Positions 1-8,806 of a stretch of DNA of 64,000 nt are shown here, piece by piece. The position numbers and the translations under genes are program-made. The stretch covers positions 110,100 to 174,099 of the forward strand of contig OZ243985.1 in assembly GCA_965214895.1 (NCBI GenBank). The letters run 5' to 3'. Position 1 is the first letter of the stretch. Each line of letters opens with the position of its first letter. The stretch is from Caldilineaceae bacterium (GTDB lineage Bacteria; Chloroflexota; Anaerolineae; Caldilineales; Caldilineaceae). Under the pieces are notes generated by a model that did not search any database, had not been told where the DNA came from, and saw only the letters and a program-made list of their open reading frames with translations.

Positions 1-531
1 CAGCCATGGTGGGATCATTGCAGACTCGCTCTATTCCATGGTCCCGAAGCAATCCCACCCGCGCTTCCTGTGGGTGCAACGTCACATTGTTGGATTGTGT
101 ACCGCCATCATTGGATTGGGCATCGGGAACCGCTTCGGCACCAATTGACATTGCCAATCCTGCCATGGCACCGGAGAGACCGGCGCATTGGGGAATTGAT
201 CCTTGTTCGGGTACTGGGCCCCACGGAACTTGCAGCAAACTCTGCTGGGGCTGATCCGCCGCAGGATGGACACATTGGGTTATGGCACCTGCAGGGAGCC
301 AAACATAGGGGGCGCTGCCTGGTGTGCCGACTCCGTGACGCTCCATGCGGTGGCGTCCAACCCGATGGCAACTATCATACGAGACTGGGGGATCCCGGTT
401 GGGGCCATCTGGAGGTCCGGGCGTGTTGCCTTTGTCAAGGCAGCAAACCGGAACAGGCCTGCCGGAGGCAGATGGCACCTGAAGTCCAGGCAGGCCAGCC
501 AGCAATCTGACTTCTCAATCCCGGCAGGAAG

Positions 532-1596
532 TCAGCGGGTCATGACGAACCTGTGCAGGGTCCGCAGCGTGTTTTCCAAGACACCGACCCGCAAGGTTTC
601 AAAGCCGTGACTGTTGCCGCAGGCCCAACCAAAACACAAGGCCCGATCCGTTGCACCCACGTTGAAGGCAATGGAAGCGTCGCTGGCCGCCTGTGCATAC
701 ACGGCAGTCTGCAATTCTATGTCTATTTCGTGGCCTGCGGCGATGAGCTCCAGCATCAGACCGTGGTCATAGTGCGCATGGGAATCCTTGCTCCAGATCG
801 CCGGTCGACTGTCTAGGATCAAGGGGGTGTGAGGCGGCATGGGCGCAAGATCGATGGCGATCAAGGCCTCCGGTTCCACCTTGCGGGCCAGATGCATGAT
901 CCCCAACCCCCCGACCTCTTCACTATGGGTGAAGGCGAAGAGACTGCGATGGCGCGGTGTCTCGCCCGCAGCCTGCAGTTGGGCCAGAACCTCCAGGAGC
1001 AAGGCACACCCCAGACGATCGTCAAAGGACCAGGCCGCTGCCATGGGGTCGTCGGGACTGCCGAAGACAAAGGGGCCCCGCCGGGAGGCATGCGGAACCG
1101 CCAGGGAACCCGCACGCACGCCAGCCTCCCGCAACTCCTCTTCCCGCATGCCCGTAGTGATCCAGACGCCATCCCAATCCACCGGTTTGCGCTGGCTCAA
1201 GGGTATGTGCATGGAGCCCATGCTGAAAATCCCCATCACCGAGCGCTCGTCACCCAATATTTCCACCGGCCCTTCCCCCAGTTTCCATGGGTAGAGACTG
1301 CCGGAGCGGGCCACCTCCAAGTCTCCGGATTCACGGACGCGGGTCACGACCATCGCGATTTCATCCATGTGCGTGGCATAGCACCACAAGGGCAACTCCG
1401 GATTCCGCCCCTCCAGTTCCACCATGACATTGCCGCCCGCGTCCTGTACGGGGGACAGACCCATCTGCTGGAGCTGATCACAGATGGCGGCGGCGATGCG
1501 ATGTTCCCGGCTGGATGGGGCCGGGATGCCGACCAAGGAACGAAAACGCGCTAATACGTCTTGGGAAAGGGCGGACCCTTGGGAACCGTTCGACAT
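532..1596 (-). CDS. M42 family metallopeptidase (glutamyl aminopeptidase / FrvX-like)
   Basis: 354-aa ORF with ATG at 1594-1596. M42 hallmarks in the translation: 'ATHMDEIAMVV', 'FDDRLGCALLLE', 'HSEEVGGLG'. Confidence 0.9.
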   Translation of the reverse strand: MSNGSQGSALSQDVLARFRSLVGIPAPSSREHRIAAAICDQLQQMGLSPVQDAGGNVMVELEGRNPELPLWCYATHMDEIAMVVTRVRESGDLEVARSGSLYPWKLGEGPVEILGDERSVMGIFSMGSMHIPLSQRKPVDWDGVWITTGMREEELREAGVRAGSLAVPHASRRGPFVFGSPDDPMAAAWSFDDRLGCALLLEVLAQLQAAGETPRHRSLFAFTHSEEVGGLGIMHLARKVEPEALIAIDLAPMPPHTPLILDSRPAIWSKDSHAHYDHGLMLELIAAGHEIDIELQTAVYAQAASDASIAFNVGATDRALCFGWACGNSHGFETLRVGVLENTLRTLHRFVMTR

Positions 1597-1921
1597 GGCT
1601 GAACCTCATGGAATGATGGGGGGAAGCAAGTGGCGGTGTGCAGAGAAGACCATTCCGCATGTTACCGATGCTGGGTGTTCACAACCCATATGCGGAAGCC
1701 GGTGCGCAACCCTCGGCCCTATCCCCTGGGGATGCCACCCTTGACTTCGGAAGACATCGCTTGCAGTTCAGCCACAGTGGCCAAGGCCGCCCTGCTGGAC
1801 AGAATTGCGCCAGGCGCTATCGAAGCGCTCTCGGAAGCCTGCCTGCAGTGGGTTAGCCCGGTGGGCTGACAGCAGGGCTCGAGGTATCCTTGCTGTCCCT
1901 GGCATATAAGTTCCTTCATTT

Positions 1922-2716
1922 TCAGGCAGACCGCCCTGAATTGGCCCTGGCCAGTTCCGTCGCCTGCGCTATGGCATCTTCGTCATCCAGAGTGGGCCGG
2001 AATTCAAGGCCCACATGCCCTTCGTAGCCCAATCGATCTATTTCGGCAAACAGCACGCCGTAATCGTTTTCTCCGCCCACCAGTTCATGGCGGCCCGGCA
2101 CACCGGCCGTGTGGATGTGCCCCACCAGGGGCAGATACGTCCGCAGGTTGGCAATCAGGTTGCCTTCGGTGATTTGCTGGTGATACAGGTCGTACAGAAT
2201 GGTCAGGGCCGGGTTGTCGACTTCATCCACCAGATCCGCGACCTGGGCCATGGTGGTCAGCCAGTAGCCATGATGATCCACAAGCGGATTCAGGGGTTCC
2301 AGATAGATCCGGATTCCTGCATCTGCACATATCGCTGCCAAGGTGCGGAGCCGCCGCCGTGCTCTGCGGAAGGTAGCATCCCAACTCTCGTCCGCCAGAA
2401 CGTTGCCCGCAGTCAGAATCAGGCCCGGCGCACCCAACCGCTGGGCAACCTGGATCGACTCCTTGACCCCATCCACCAGAGCCTGTTCGGATTCCCGGAC
2501 CACCAGGCTGAAAGGGGGCTCCAGCACAAGACCCGCACAGGAGAGGCCTGCCTCGGTCTGGGCTGCCGCGATGGCGGCAATGTCCTTGTTGCTGTGCGTC
2601 CAGAATTCGTAGGCCCCCACGTCGGTCCGACCTACGCGCCTTACCTTCTCCGCCGGATCCAGATCCGGCCAAAACATCTCAATGCAAACGGAAAGAGTAA
2701 CCATGCGGCCTGCCAT
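1922..2716 (-). CDS. Xylose-isomerase-like TIM-barrel protein (hydroxypyruvate isomerase family)
   Basis: Only the C-terminal 264 aa of track ORF 1922..3985 look real (ATG 2714-2716, 'MAGRMVTLSVCIEMFW...'). TIM-barrel pattern 'IYLEPLNP', 'GHIHTAGVPGRHE', 'GHVGLEFRP'. The upstream 420 codons are a shadow of the CHAT gene on the other strand. Confidence 0.8.
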   Translation of the reverse strand: MAGRMVTLSVCIEMFWPDLDPAEKVRRVGRTDVGAYEFWTHSNKDIAAIAAAQTEAGLSCAGLVLEPPFSLVVRESEQALVDGVKESIQVAQRLGAPGLILTAGNVLADESWDATFRRARRRLRTLAAICADAGIRIYLEPLNPLVDHHGYWLTTMAQVADLVDEVDNPALTILYDLYHQQITEGNLIANLRTYLPLVGHIHTAGVPGRHELVGGENDYGVLFAEIDRLGYEGHVGLEFRPTLDDEDAIAQATELARANSGRSA

Positions 2717-2809
2717 TCGTCTTGTGTAGAGTCGGGTCTGTGCGCGCCTCCCCGGGGGGATGTGCAAGTAAGAGTGTAAAGGCCAACCTGCTTCTGGCAC
2801 AAACCTGTA

Positions 2810-5101
2810 TTGGCTTTGGGAGACGGCTCCTGTCAGCGCAGCCTTGTTTTGAGCAACCTCGCCCCTTCTCTGCCTTTGTCCCAGATCATCCATGAAGTGG
2901 CGCGCCTGGTAGCCAACGGCAACCTGTCGACATCCGACCGCCATCTTCTGGACACTTTGGGCCACCGGTGCCAAAGACGGCCCAACACCTGCATGCTGTG
3001 GCGAGACTTTCAGGCGGATCCCTGGGGGCGCCGCGTTCCCTTGGAAACATGGCTGCGGTCCGAGATCGACTCGTTCCCCGGTTTCGCGCGCGAGATCCAG
3101 ACCACTTGGCGAAACCGTGCAGTCTGGAATGGGCAGACTGCCCTTGATGCCCGGCCCGGCACACGATCGGTGAAGCAGACACTGCCGTCTCACGTCGAGA
3201 CCCCGTCGCTGCTGGCCCAGGCCTTGCCTGGCCCCATCTTGTCGCTCTGGCGCCTTTGTGTGCCGGAGCCCATGACTCAATCCCTGCTGGCCTCGGTGCA
3301 AAGCCTGCACGGTTCCGCCTCGATCATGGAAAGAGGCCGCCATCTGGCCCGACACATGGTCCAGTATCTGAGGCTGACGGCCCAGATGGAACCGCACAGC
3401 CAGGTGCCCTTTTACCATGACGGCTTGCTGCTGCAACGGCTGGAGGAGCACTTGCAGCTGCCTCCCACGGCCACGGCCACCCGCAGCGCCTCCGCCATGG
3501 CCGCCTCGGCCCCTGATCCAGAACCCGAAGCCCCGGAGCGCCCTGTCGTTTCCCGCACCTTGGAAATGGAATGCCCAGACCGCGTCTGGACCGGAGATCC
3601 CATGGTTCGGGTGAAGGTGCGCCTCTCGCCGACCCCCCAAGGCGATGATGTGCCCCACATGACGCTGTCCCTGCAGCAGGAGTTGCCGGTGCTGGTCTGG
3701 ATTGCGGCTCCCGGCTTCGACAACCTGGGGCCCCATGTGCAGACCCTTTGGGCAGGGCCAGAGCAAGGACCTACCGAAGCGGAGTTCGAGCTGCAGCCCC
3801 AGACCGCGGGCCGCACGCACATCACGGTCCACTGCCTCCAGGAAGGCACCCCCCTGGGCACTCTTTCCACCCAGGTGGAGGTATCCGAGCACGTGCCTGT
3901 CCAAGTGCAGCAGCGCACCGTGGAAGCCCGGCGGCTGGCCCTGGATGCCGACGCGGAATCCCCGGATCTGACCCTGTTTGTCCACTACGACACATCTCGG
4001 GCCCAGCCGCGGCTGCTGCTGAATCTCTACTGCGATTCCCGGCTGGCACAGAGCTGCCCCCCCTTGACGCTCAAGGGGGATCCCCAGACCTACTATGACA
4101 GCCTGTACCGGCGGCTCTCCGACCTGACGGATCTCTTCGACCTGAAGAAATCAGACGTGGCAGCCCGGGAGAATCTGTGGCAGGCGATGCGCAGGCTGGG
4201 CCACAGCCTGTGGAACGACCTGATCCCGCAGGCCTTACAGGAACGCTACGCCTTGGAACGGGCCGAATGGCGCGACAAGTCCTTCCTAGTGATTACGGAT
4301 GAACCCTTCATTCCATGGGAACTGATGTGGCCCTACGGCTACCAGGGCGAGACCTGGGAAGACGAAACACCCTGGTGCCTCTCCCTGCGGATGACGCGCT
4401 GGCTCCACCGGGACCAGGAAGGCAGCGGCCTGCAGGGCCCCCCCACCCACCTGGCCTTGGAACGCTTTGCCTTTGTGGGACCCACCCGTACCAATCTGTC
4501 CGCCGTGTCCAATGAAGGAGCCGATCTGAAGGCCCTGATGCAGCAGGCCGGAGTCTGCGATGCCAGCCCCCGCTTCAACACGTTGGCGCAGGTCACGGCC
4601 CTTCTGGAATCGGGAGACTACGACTGGTTCCATCTGGCCTCGCACGGCGAATTTGCAGCGGCGGAGCCAGATCAGGACTCGGCACTGCTGCTGGACGGGA
4701 ATCAGCCCCTTACCCCCAACTCCCTGATCGGCCCGGAAGTGCAAGGACACCTGTTTGCGCAGCGTCCGGGATTCGTCCTGAACGCCTGCCACACAGGGCG
4801 ACAGGGATTTGCCCTGACCCGGTTGGGGGGATGGGTGAACAGACTGGTGGGATCCGGAGCGGGCCTCTTCATGGGCCCGCTGTGGACGGTGACCGACGAA
4901 TCGGCCCGGCGGTTTGCCCAGCGCTTCTATGCCCTGCTGCTGGAAGGGGACACGGTGGCGCAAGCCTTGCACGGCGCCCGGGACACGATCCGCCAGACCG
5001 GAGACCCGACCTGGCTGGCCTACAGCGTCTATGCCCACCCCAACGCGCGGCTGCATGTGCGCCCACCGGCTGTGGACCGGCAGACGGCTGCAAAGCGCTA
5101 G
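2810..5101 (+). CDS. CHAT-domain (caspase-like protease fold) protein with a large uncharacterised N-terminal region
   Basis: 763-aa ORF opening at TTG 2810. The true start is uncertain because several in-frame ATGs lie downstream. The C-terminal ~280 aa show the CHAT His/Cys dyad contexts 'WFHLASHGEF' and 'FVLNACHTGRQ'. A beta-rich segment ('MVRVKVRLS...THITVHCLQEG') and ~230 aa with no domain I recognise precede it. Stop TAG at 5099-5101. Confidence 0.8.
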   Translation: MALGDGSCQRSLVLSNLAPSLPLSQIIHEVARLVANGNLSTSDRHLLDTLGHRCQRRPNTCMLWRDFQADPWGRRVPLETWLRSEIDSFPGFAREIQTTWRNRAVWNGQTALDARPGTRSVKQTLPSHVETPSLLAQALPGPILSLWRLCVPEPMTQSLLASVQSLHGSASIMERGRHLARHMVQYLRLTAQMEPHSQVPFYHDGLLLQRLEEHLQLPPTATATRSASAMAASAPDPEPEAPERPVVSRTLEMECPDRVWTGDPMVRVKVRLSPTPQGDDVPHMTLSLQQELPVLVWIAAPGFDNLGPHVQTLWAGPEQGPTEAEFELQPQTAGRTHITVHCLQEGTPLGTLSTQVEVSEHVPVQVQQRTVEARRLALDADAESPDLTLFVHYDTSRAQPRLLLNLYCDSRLAQSCPPLTLKGDPQTYYDSLYRRLSDLTDLFDLKKSDVAARENLWQAMRRLGHSLWNDLIPQALQERYALERAEWRDKSFLVITDEPFIPWELMWPYGYQGETWEDETPWCLSLRMTRWLHRDQEGSGLQGPPTHLALERFAFVGPTRTNLSAVSNEGADLKALMQQAGVCDASPRFNTLAQVTALLESGDYDWFHLASHGEFAAAEPDQDSALLLDGNQPLTPNSLIGPEVQGHLFAQRPGFVLNACHTGRQGFALTRLGGWVNRLVGSGAGLFMGPLWTVTDESARRFAQRFYALLLEGDTVAQALHGARDTIRQTGDPTWLAYSVYAHPNARLHVRPPAVDRQTAAKR

Positions 5102-5120
5102 ACCCGCCGCCACCGTACAG

Positions 5121-6023
5121 CTATGCCAGCATTCCGTGCGCTTCGGCGGTCACGCCCGCCAATGCCTTTTCGATTGTCGCCACCTGCGCCGGCGAAGACT
5201 CCGGCATGGGGGCTCGGGGTCTGCCGCCGTCCCGGTCCTGCATGCGCATGGCGGTCCGCACGTTGGCCGGCAGGTTGTCTCCCACCATGGCGTTCCAGAG
5301 AGGCAAGAGCTGCCGGTGCAGCTGCAATCCTGTGGCATGGTCTCCTGCTTGCGCCGCCTCCCACAGCTGCACGCACGTGCGCGGGGCCGCGGCCAGAATG
5401 GCGGCTATGGCCCCTTGGGCTCCCAGACAGAATGAAGGGTACAGCAGGGCATCCACCGCGGACATGATGATGTCTTGCGGCGCGGCCCACAGCAGCAGAT
5501 CGGCCAGCAGCTTCATGTCGCCGGCGCTTTGCTTGACCCCTACCACACCGGGCACCTCCCTCAGGATCCGCACCAGCAGGTCCGGGGCCAGGTAGATGTG
5601 GGGCACCACGTTGTAAATGAGGATGGGCAGATCCACGGCTTCCGCAATCGTGGCAAAGTGACGCACGTGCATATCGGGGGTGGGATTGAAGAGGTAGTGC
5701 ACAGGCGTGATCTGCAGGGCCGCCACGTCCAGGTCGGCCAGAGCCTTGGCTCGGGCGACCGCCTGCCGGGTACTGTCCGTGATCACCCCCGCGATCACCG
5801 GCCCGCGGCCGGCGGCGGCCTCGATGGCCGTACCCACCACCCGACGCACCTCGTCGGTACTGAGGGTATGTCCCTCCCCAGTACTGCCCCCGACCGTCAC
5901 ACCCTGCACGCCCGCCCGCAGCAGACAGTCCACATCTGCCGCCAGCGCGCGCGTATCCACTTCCTCATTGCGATCGAAAGGCGTAACCATGGGCGGCAGA
6001 ATGCCTCGCAGCTGATTGTTCAT
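5121..6023 (-). CDS. Dihydrodipicolinate synthase / N-acetylneuraminate lyase family class I aldolase
   Basis: 300-aa ORF with ATG at 6021-6023. Motifs 'GVTVGGSTGEGHTLSTDE', 'PVHYL' and Schiff-base lysine context 'VVGVKQSAGD'. The substrate cannot be assigned from sequence alone. Confidence 0.9.
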   Translation of the reverse strand: MNNQLRGILPPMVTPFDRNEEVDTRALAADVDCLLRAGVQGVTVGGSTGEGHTLSTDEVRRVVGTAIEAAAGRGPVIAGVITDSTRQAVARAKALADLDVAALQITPVHYLFNPTPDMHVRHFATIAEAVDLPILIYNVVPHIYLAPDLLVRILREVPGVVGVKQSAGDMKLLADLLLWAAPQDIIMSAVDALLYPSFCLGAQGAIAAILAAAPRTCVQLWEAAQAGDHATGLQLHRQLLPLWNAMVGDNLPANVRTAMRMQDRDGGRPRAPMPESSPAQVATIEKALAGVTAEAHGMLA

Positions 6024-6348
6024 GAGTTTCCTTTGGGGTGTGTGAAAGAAGCCTGGTCAGGGATGCGATGTCAAACCCGCCATTGCCCCTATTGTCCCCG
6101 GGGGTGACGCCCAATGCACATTTTCGACATCAATCCGATTCACGTCCTCCGACAGACAGTGATCTCCCCGGTCCTCTCCCGCATGTTGTCGAGGGGTGTT
6201 TTCGGTATGGCACTGGGTGAAGACGGCATGGCATACCCGACACCGTGCGCCCCGCGGCTTGCCGGGGAACATGCGTACGCCCAGGCCTCCCGCGAGCCGG
6301 CGATGTCCATGGTCAGGCCGAGAAGCGGCAGCGTGGGGCAGGGGTCAA

Positions 6349-7227
6349 TCAATACTGGAAATCGGACACCCGTACCTGCCATGGGTCAAAGTCCCCCTGC
6401 TTCCGAATCAGGGCAAAGACATGCTCCACATCCGCTTGCAACAGAGCAAACAACTCCTCAATGTCCTGTTCCAGATGGGGTGTGCCATAGATGGCGCCGC
6501 CGGCAAACAAAGACAGGACTGGCAAGGGAGATTTCAGGCCCTGAAACTCCGGCACGGTTTCCATCGCATGGGTTTGGAGTTCAACAAGGTTGTGAATCCG
6601 GGCGTATTCTGCGCGCCGGGAAGCCATCAAGGCCTTGAGGGCATGCTCTAGGGTGCCTTGTGCAGCTCTGCCGAAAGCCAAATCGAATTCCACCCGGACA
6701 TCGTAGTACTCTGTTTCGCCCGGCCGCATGAGCCTCTGCAAAGTCCTGAATTCCCCGCGCGCGTGCAGGGCGCGTTCCATGGATTCCAATGTGAAGGGAT
6801 CGCGTGGGGGACGTTCCCGGGGCGAGGGACGATAGGAGTATCCCATAGGGGTGACACCATCCTTGACGGCTTGGGCAGCCACATGATTGAGGCCGAACTG
6901 TGCACTGGCAAACAGTTCCGGCGAGATCATGACTACATCTGTACGGATGGCGCCATCGTAGAGATCCTGGACAGCCCGCTGGGCTGTCTCCTGGCAGATC
7001 TCGGCCACGGCACGGTCCGCGGGATGCACCACCAGCAAATCCACGTCCGAAGCCGGACCATAGTCACCCCGCGCTCGGGACCCAAACAGCAGAACGCGCT
7101 CGATGCCGGTGGCCTGTTGTACCGCCAAGGCTACCTGTCGGGCCCGATCATCAAAGAGTGTACCCACGATATCCACCCTGTCTGTGCTTGCAGGTCTGTC
7201 TCCCGGTGCCGAAAACAGGTTGTCCAT
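6349..7227 (-). CDS. Fused minimal nucleotidyltransferase (MNT) - HEPN domain protein
   Basis: 292-aa ORF with ATG at 7225-7227. N-terminal pol-beta NTase motif 'LLFGSRARGDYGPASDVDLLVV'. C-terminal helical domain carries an Rx6H HEPN-type motif in 'LKALMASRRAEYARIHNLVEL'. Confidence 0.8.
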   Translation of the reverse strand: MDNLFSAPGDRPASTDRVDIVGTLFDDRARQVALAVQQATGIERVLLFGSRARGDYGPASDVDLLVVHPADRAVAEICQETAQRAVQDLYDGAIRTDVVMISPELFASAQFGLNHVAAQAVKDGVTPMGYSYRPSPRERPPRDPFTLESMERALHARGEFRTLQRLMRPGETEYYDVRVEFDLAFGRAAQGTLEHALKALMASRRAEYARIHNLVELQTHAMETVPEFQGLKSPLPVLSLFAGGAIYGTPHLEQDIEELFALLQADVEHVFALIRKQGDFDPWQVRVSDFQY

Positions 7228-7383
7228 TGGATGCTACAGGGAACATGGCGTGGGCCCGGAGATGCGATTTTCGATCTGCAGGCAGCCAGGCGCGGTCCGG
7301 AGCCAGGGATGCAGAAGCGATTTGTGCCATCCAGGCGCTGTTCTGGACCACCGCTCCATGTTTTGGTTGGCCGAGATCCGGGT

Positions 7384-7689
7384 TCAAGCTGCAGCCGGGC
7401 TTTCCAACAGATTCTGCGCGATGTCATCCCATTCTTCCTGCAAGGGGACGGAAACGGGAGTTCTGCGGGCGCGGTTGTACCAGTACCGGGCGTTGGGAAT
7501 GTCCCCCTCCTCGCGGTGCAACCAGGCATGGACCCAGGCCGATCCGTTGTCGTCGGGCTGGTTTTGCAGAAGATTGTGGGCAGTCTCCCACTGGCCTTTG
7601 CCGGCCCACCAGAGAGCCGCAAGCGGAACTCCCAGGTCTGCCGGAGGCTGCGCTCCATCCAATGTGGCTTTGAAGGATTTCAGGTTCAT
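7384..7689 (-). CDS. Small conserved hypothetical protein (101 aa)
   Basis: Only the C-terminal 101 aa of track ORF 7384..8073 look coding (ATG 7687-7689). Sequence: 'MNLKSFKATLDGAQPP...LAALWWAGKGQWETAHNLLQ...AWVHAWLHREEGDIPNARYWYNRA'. The Trp/His-rich helical pattern is protein-like. I cannot name the family. Confidence 0.55.
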   Translation of the reverse strand: MNLKSFKATLDGAQPPADLGVPLAALWWAGKGQWETAHNLLQNQPDDNGSAWVHAWLHREEGDIPNARYWYNRARRTPVSVPLQEEWDDIAQNLLESPAAA

Positions 7690-7828
7690 GGGACTATGGC
7701 TACCTTCTGATATCTGAGCAAAACACGCCATCCCGGCCCTGTCAGGCACGGCGTCCATAGACAGAGCGCGAGGAGACCAGGCGCAATTACTATACCTGAC
7801 TGAAGACAGCCTGCATTGGACCCCAATT

Positions 7829-8292
7829 GGCAGGGCGATTGCATTGTAATTTCTCTGTCCCAGGATCTCCCGCCGTTGGCGCCGATACCCTGGGGGGGTC
7901 CCCGCCGCCTTGCGACGCGTGCAGGCCATGTCCCTGCGGGCGGTTTTTGCCTGTGGCAGCCCGTGCAGAGCGATGCGCCGCAAGATGGCCCTCTGGTGGG
8001 CCGGCGGAGGCCGCGGGCGTCTGCCCGGAACGCCATGTCCCGCACCCCATGCAGCGCGTGTTCCATGCGCCAAGGGCCCCGCGGACTGCGGCCCGCACGC
8101 GCAAGACCAGCATAGCCCGCAATGTGTCGCTGGGCGCGTTCCATGCGCGGATCGTCCCCTTGCGCCAGGCCGGGGATCAGGGGAGAGGCGACGCAGGCCA
8201 TCATGATGTACATTTTCTTCGGAGACCCTGGGCAGGTACCCTCAGTCTCTCCCGCGGGCATGGAATCCAAATTACAATGCAATCGCCCTGCC
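7829..8292. repeat. 464-bp segment bounded by perfect 24-bp inverted repeats (MITE-like or invertible-segment-like)
   Basis: GGCAGGGCGATTGCATTGTAATTT at 7829-7852 and its exact reverse complement at 8269-8292. Imperfect extension CAATT / CAAATT lies outside both arms. The ~416-bp interior has no convincing ORF. Confidence 0.6.
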
Positions 8293-8741
8293 CAAATTGT
8301 CGCTGTCGCGGCTGGGACACCCCGGGAAACAGCCGTCACGGGCCCTCGGGCTGTGCTGTCTGGCTCCATGGTTTTCACGGTCCAGCCGGGACAATCTGAC
8401 TACAGTGACGGAAAGTCCGGCATGCAGGGCTGGAGGGGTCGAAGTTCAGGCGCGGGCCAAAGTCACTCTACATCAGCCCCGCAAGTACAGCACTCGCAGG
8501 TGCCTGTCGTGGATTGAAGGGCCAAACTTGCACTGATACCGGACCCGATATCCTGTGTCTCCCTTTTTCGGCGCGCAAGGCCCGAACACTCCAGCCCACG
8601 CTGTGTATTCCCGTGCCGTTGCATCCTGCTCCCGGTGATCCGGCCCCCGAGCCGTGCCCACTGACTCTGGAAAACCACGGGCAGAACAAACATAGCCGGC
8701 CCGCAGAAAGCCGATGGCCCAGAATTGAAACAACAGATTTG

Positions 8742-8776
8742 TTGACAACTAATCTGTTGAATGATAGATTCAACAA
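8742..8776 (+). promoter_or_regulatory. Sigma70-like promoter with overlapping palindromic operator upstream of the NTPase pair
   Basis: TTGACA (8742-8747), 17-nt spacer, TAGATT (8765-8770). An 8-bp inverted repeat TGTTGAAT-gatag-ATTCAACA (8756-8776) overlaps the -10 element. TGTTGA(A/C) recurs three times between 8740 and 8786. This is a locally AT-rich stretch ~30 nt before the ATG at 8807. Confidence 0.4.
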
Positions 8777-8806
8777 TTTTGTTGAATGGAGGAATGGAGA
8801 TTGACC

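Noticed and set aside
2-610. Plus-strand frame at the left edge. It vaguely resembles the C-terminal third of a sodium:solute symporter ('GGIIADSLYSMVPKQ...LWVQRHIVGLCTAIIGLGIG...', then 'SLFGYWAPRNLQQTLLGLI'). Two in-frame TGA codons interrupt it (146-148 and 197-199).
   Set aside because: The similarity is weak and judged only from memory of PutP-like sequences. The frame overlaps the M42 peptidase gene end. TGA is clearly used as a stop elsewhere in the window, so recoding is unlikely. It could be a decayed transporter remnant, but I cannot support it as a feature.
2717-3985. N-terminal 420-codon extension of the isomerase ORF (track ORF 1922..3985).
   Set aside because: It is low-complexity and overlaps the CHAT gene on the opposite strand. 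The recognisable TIM-barrel protein starts at the internal ATG 2716.
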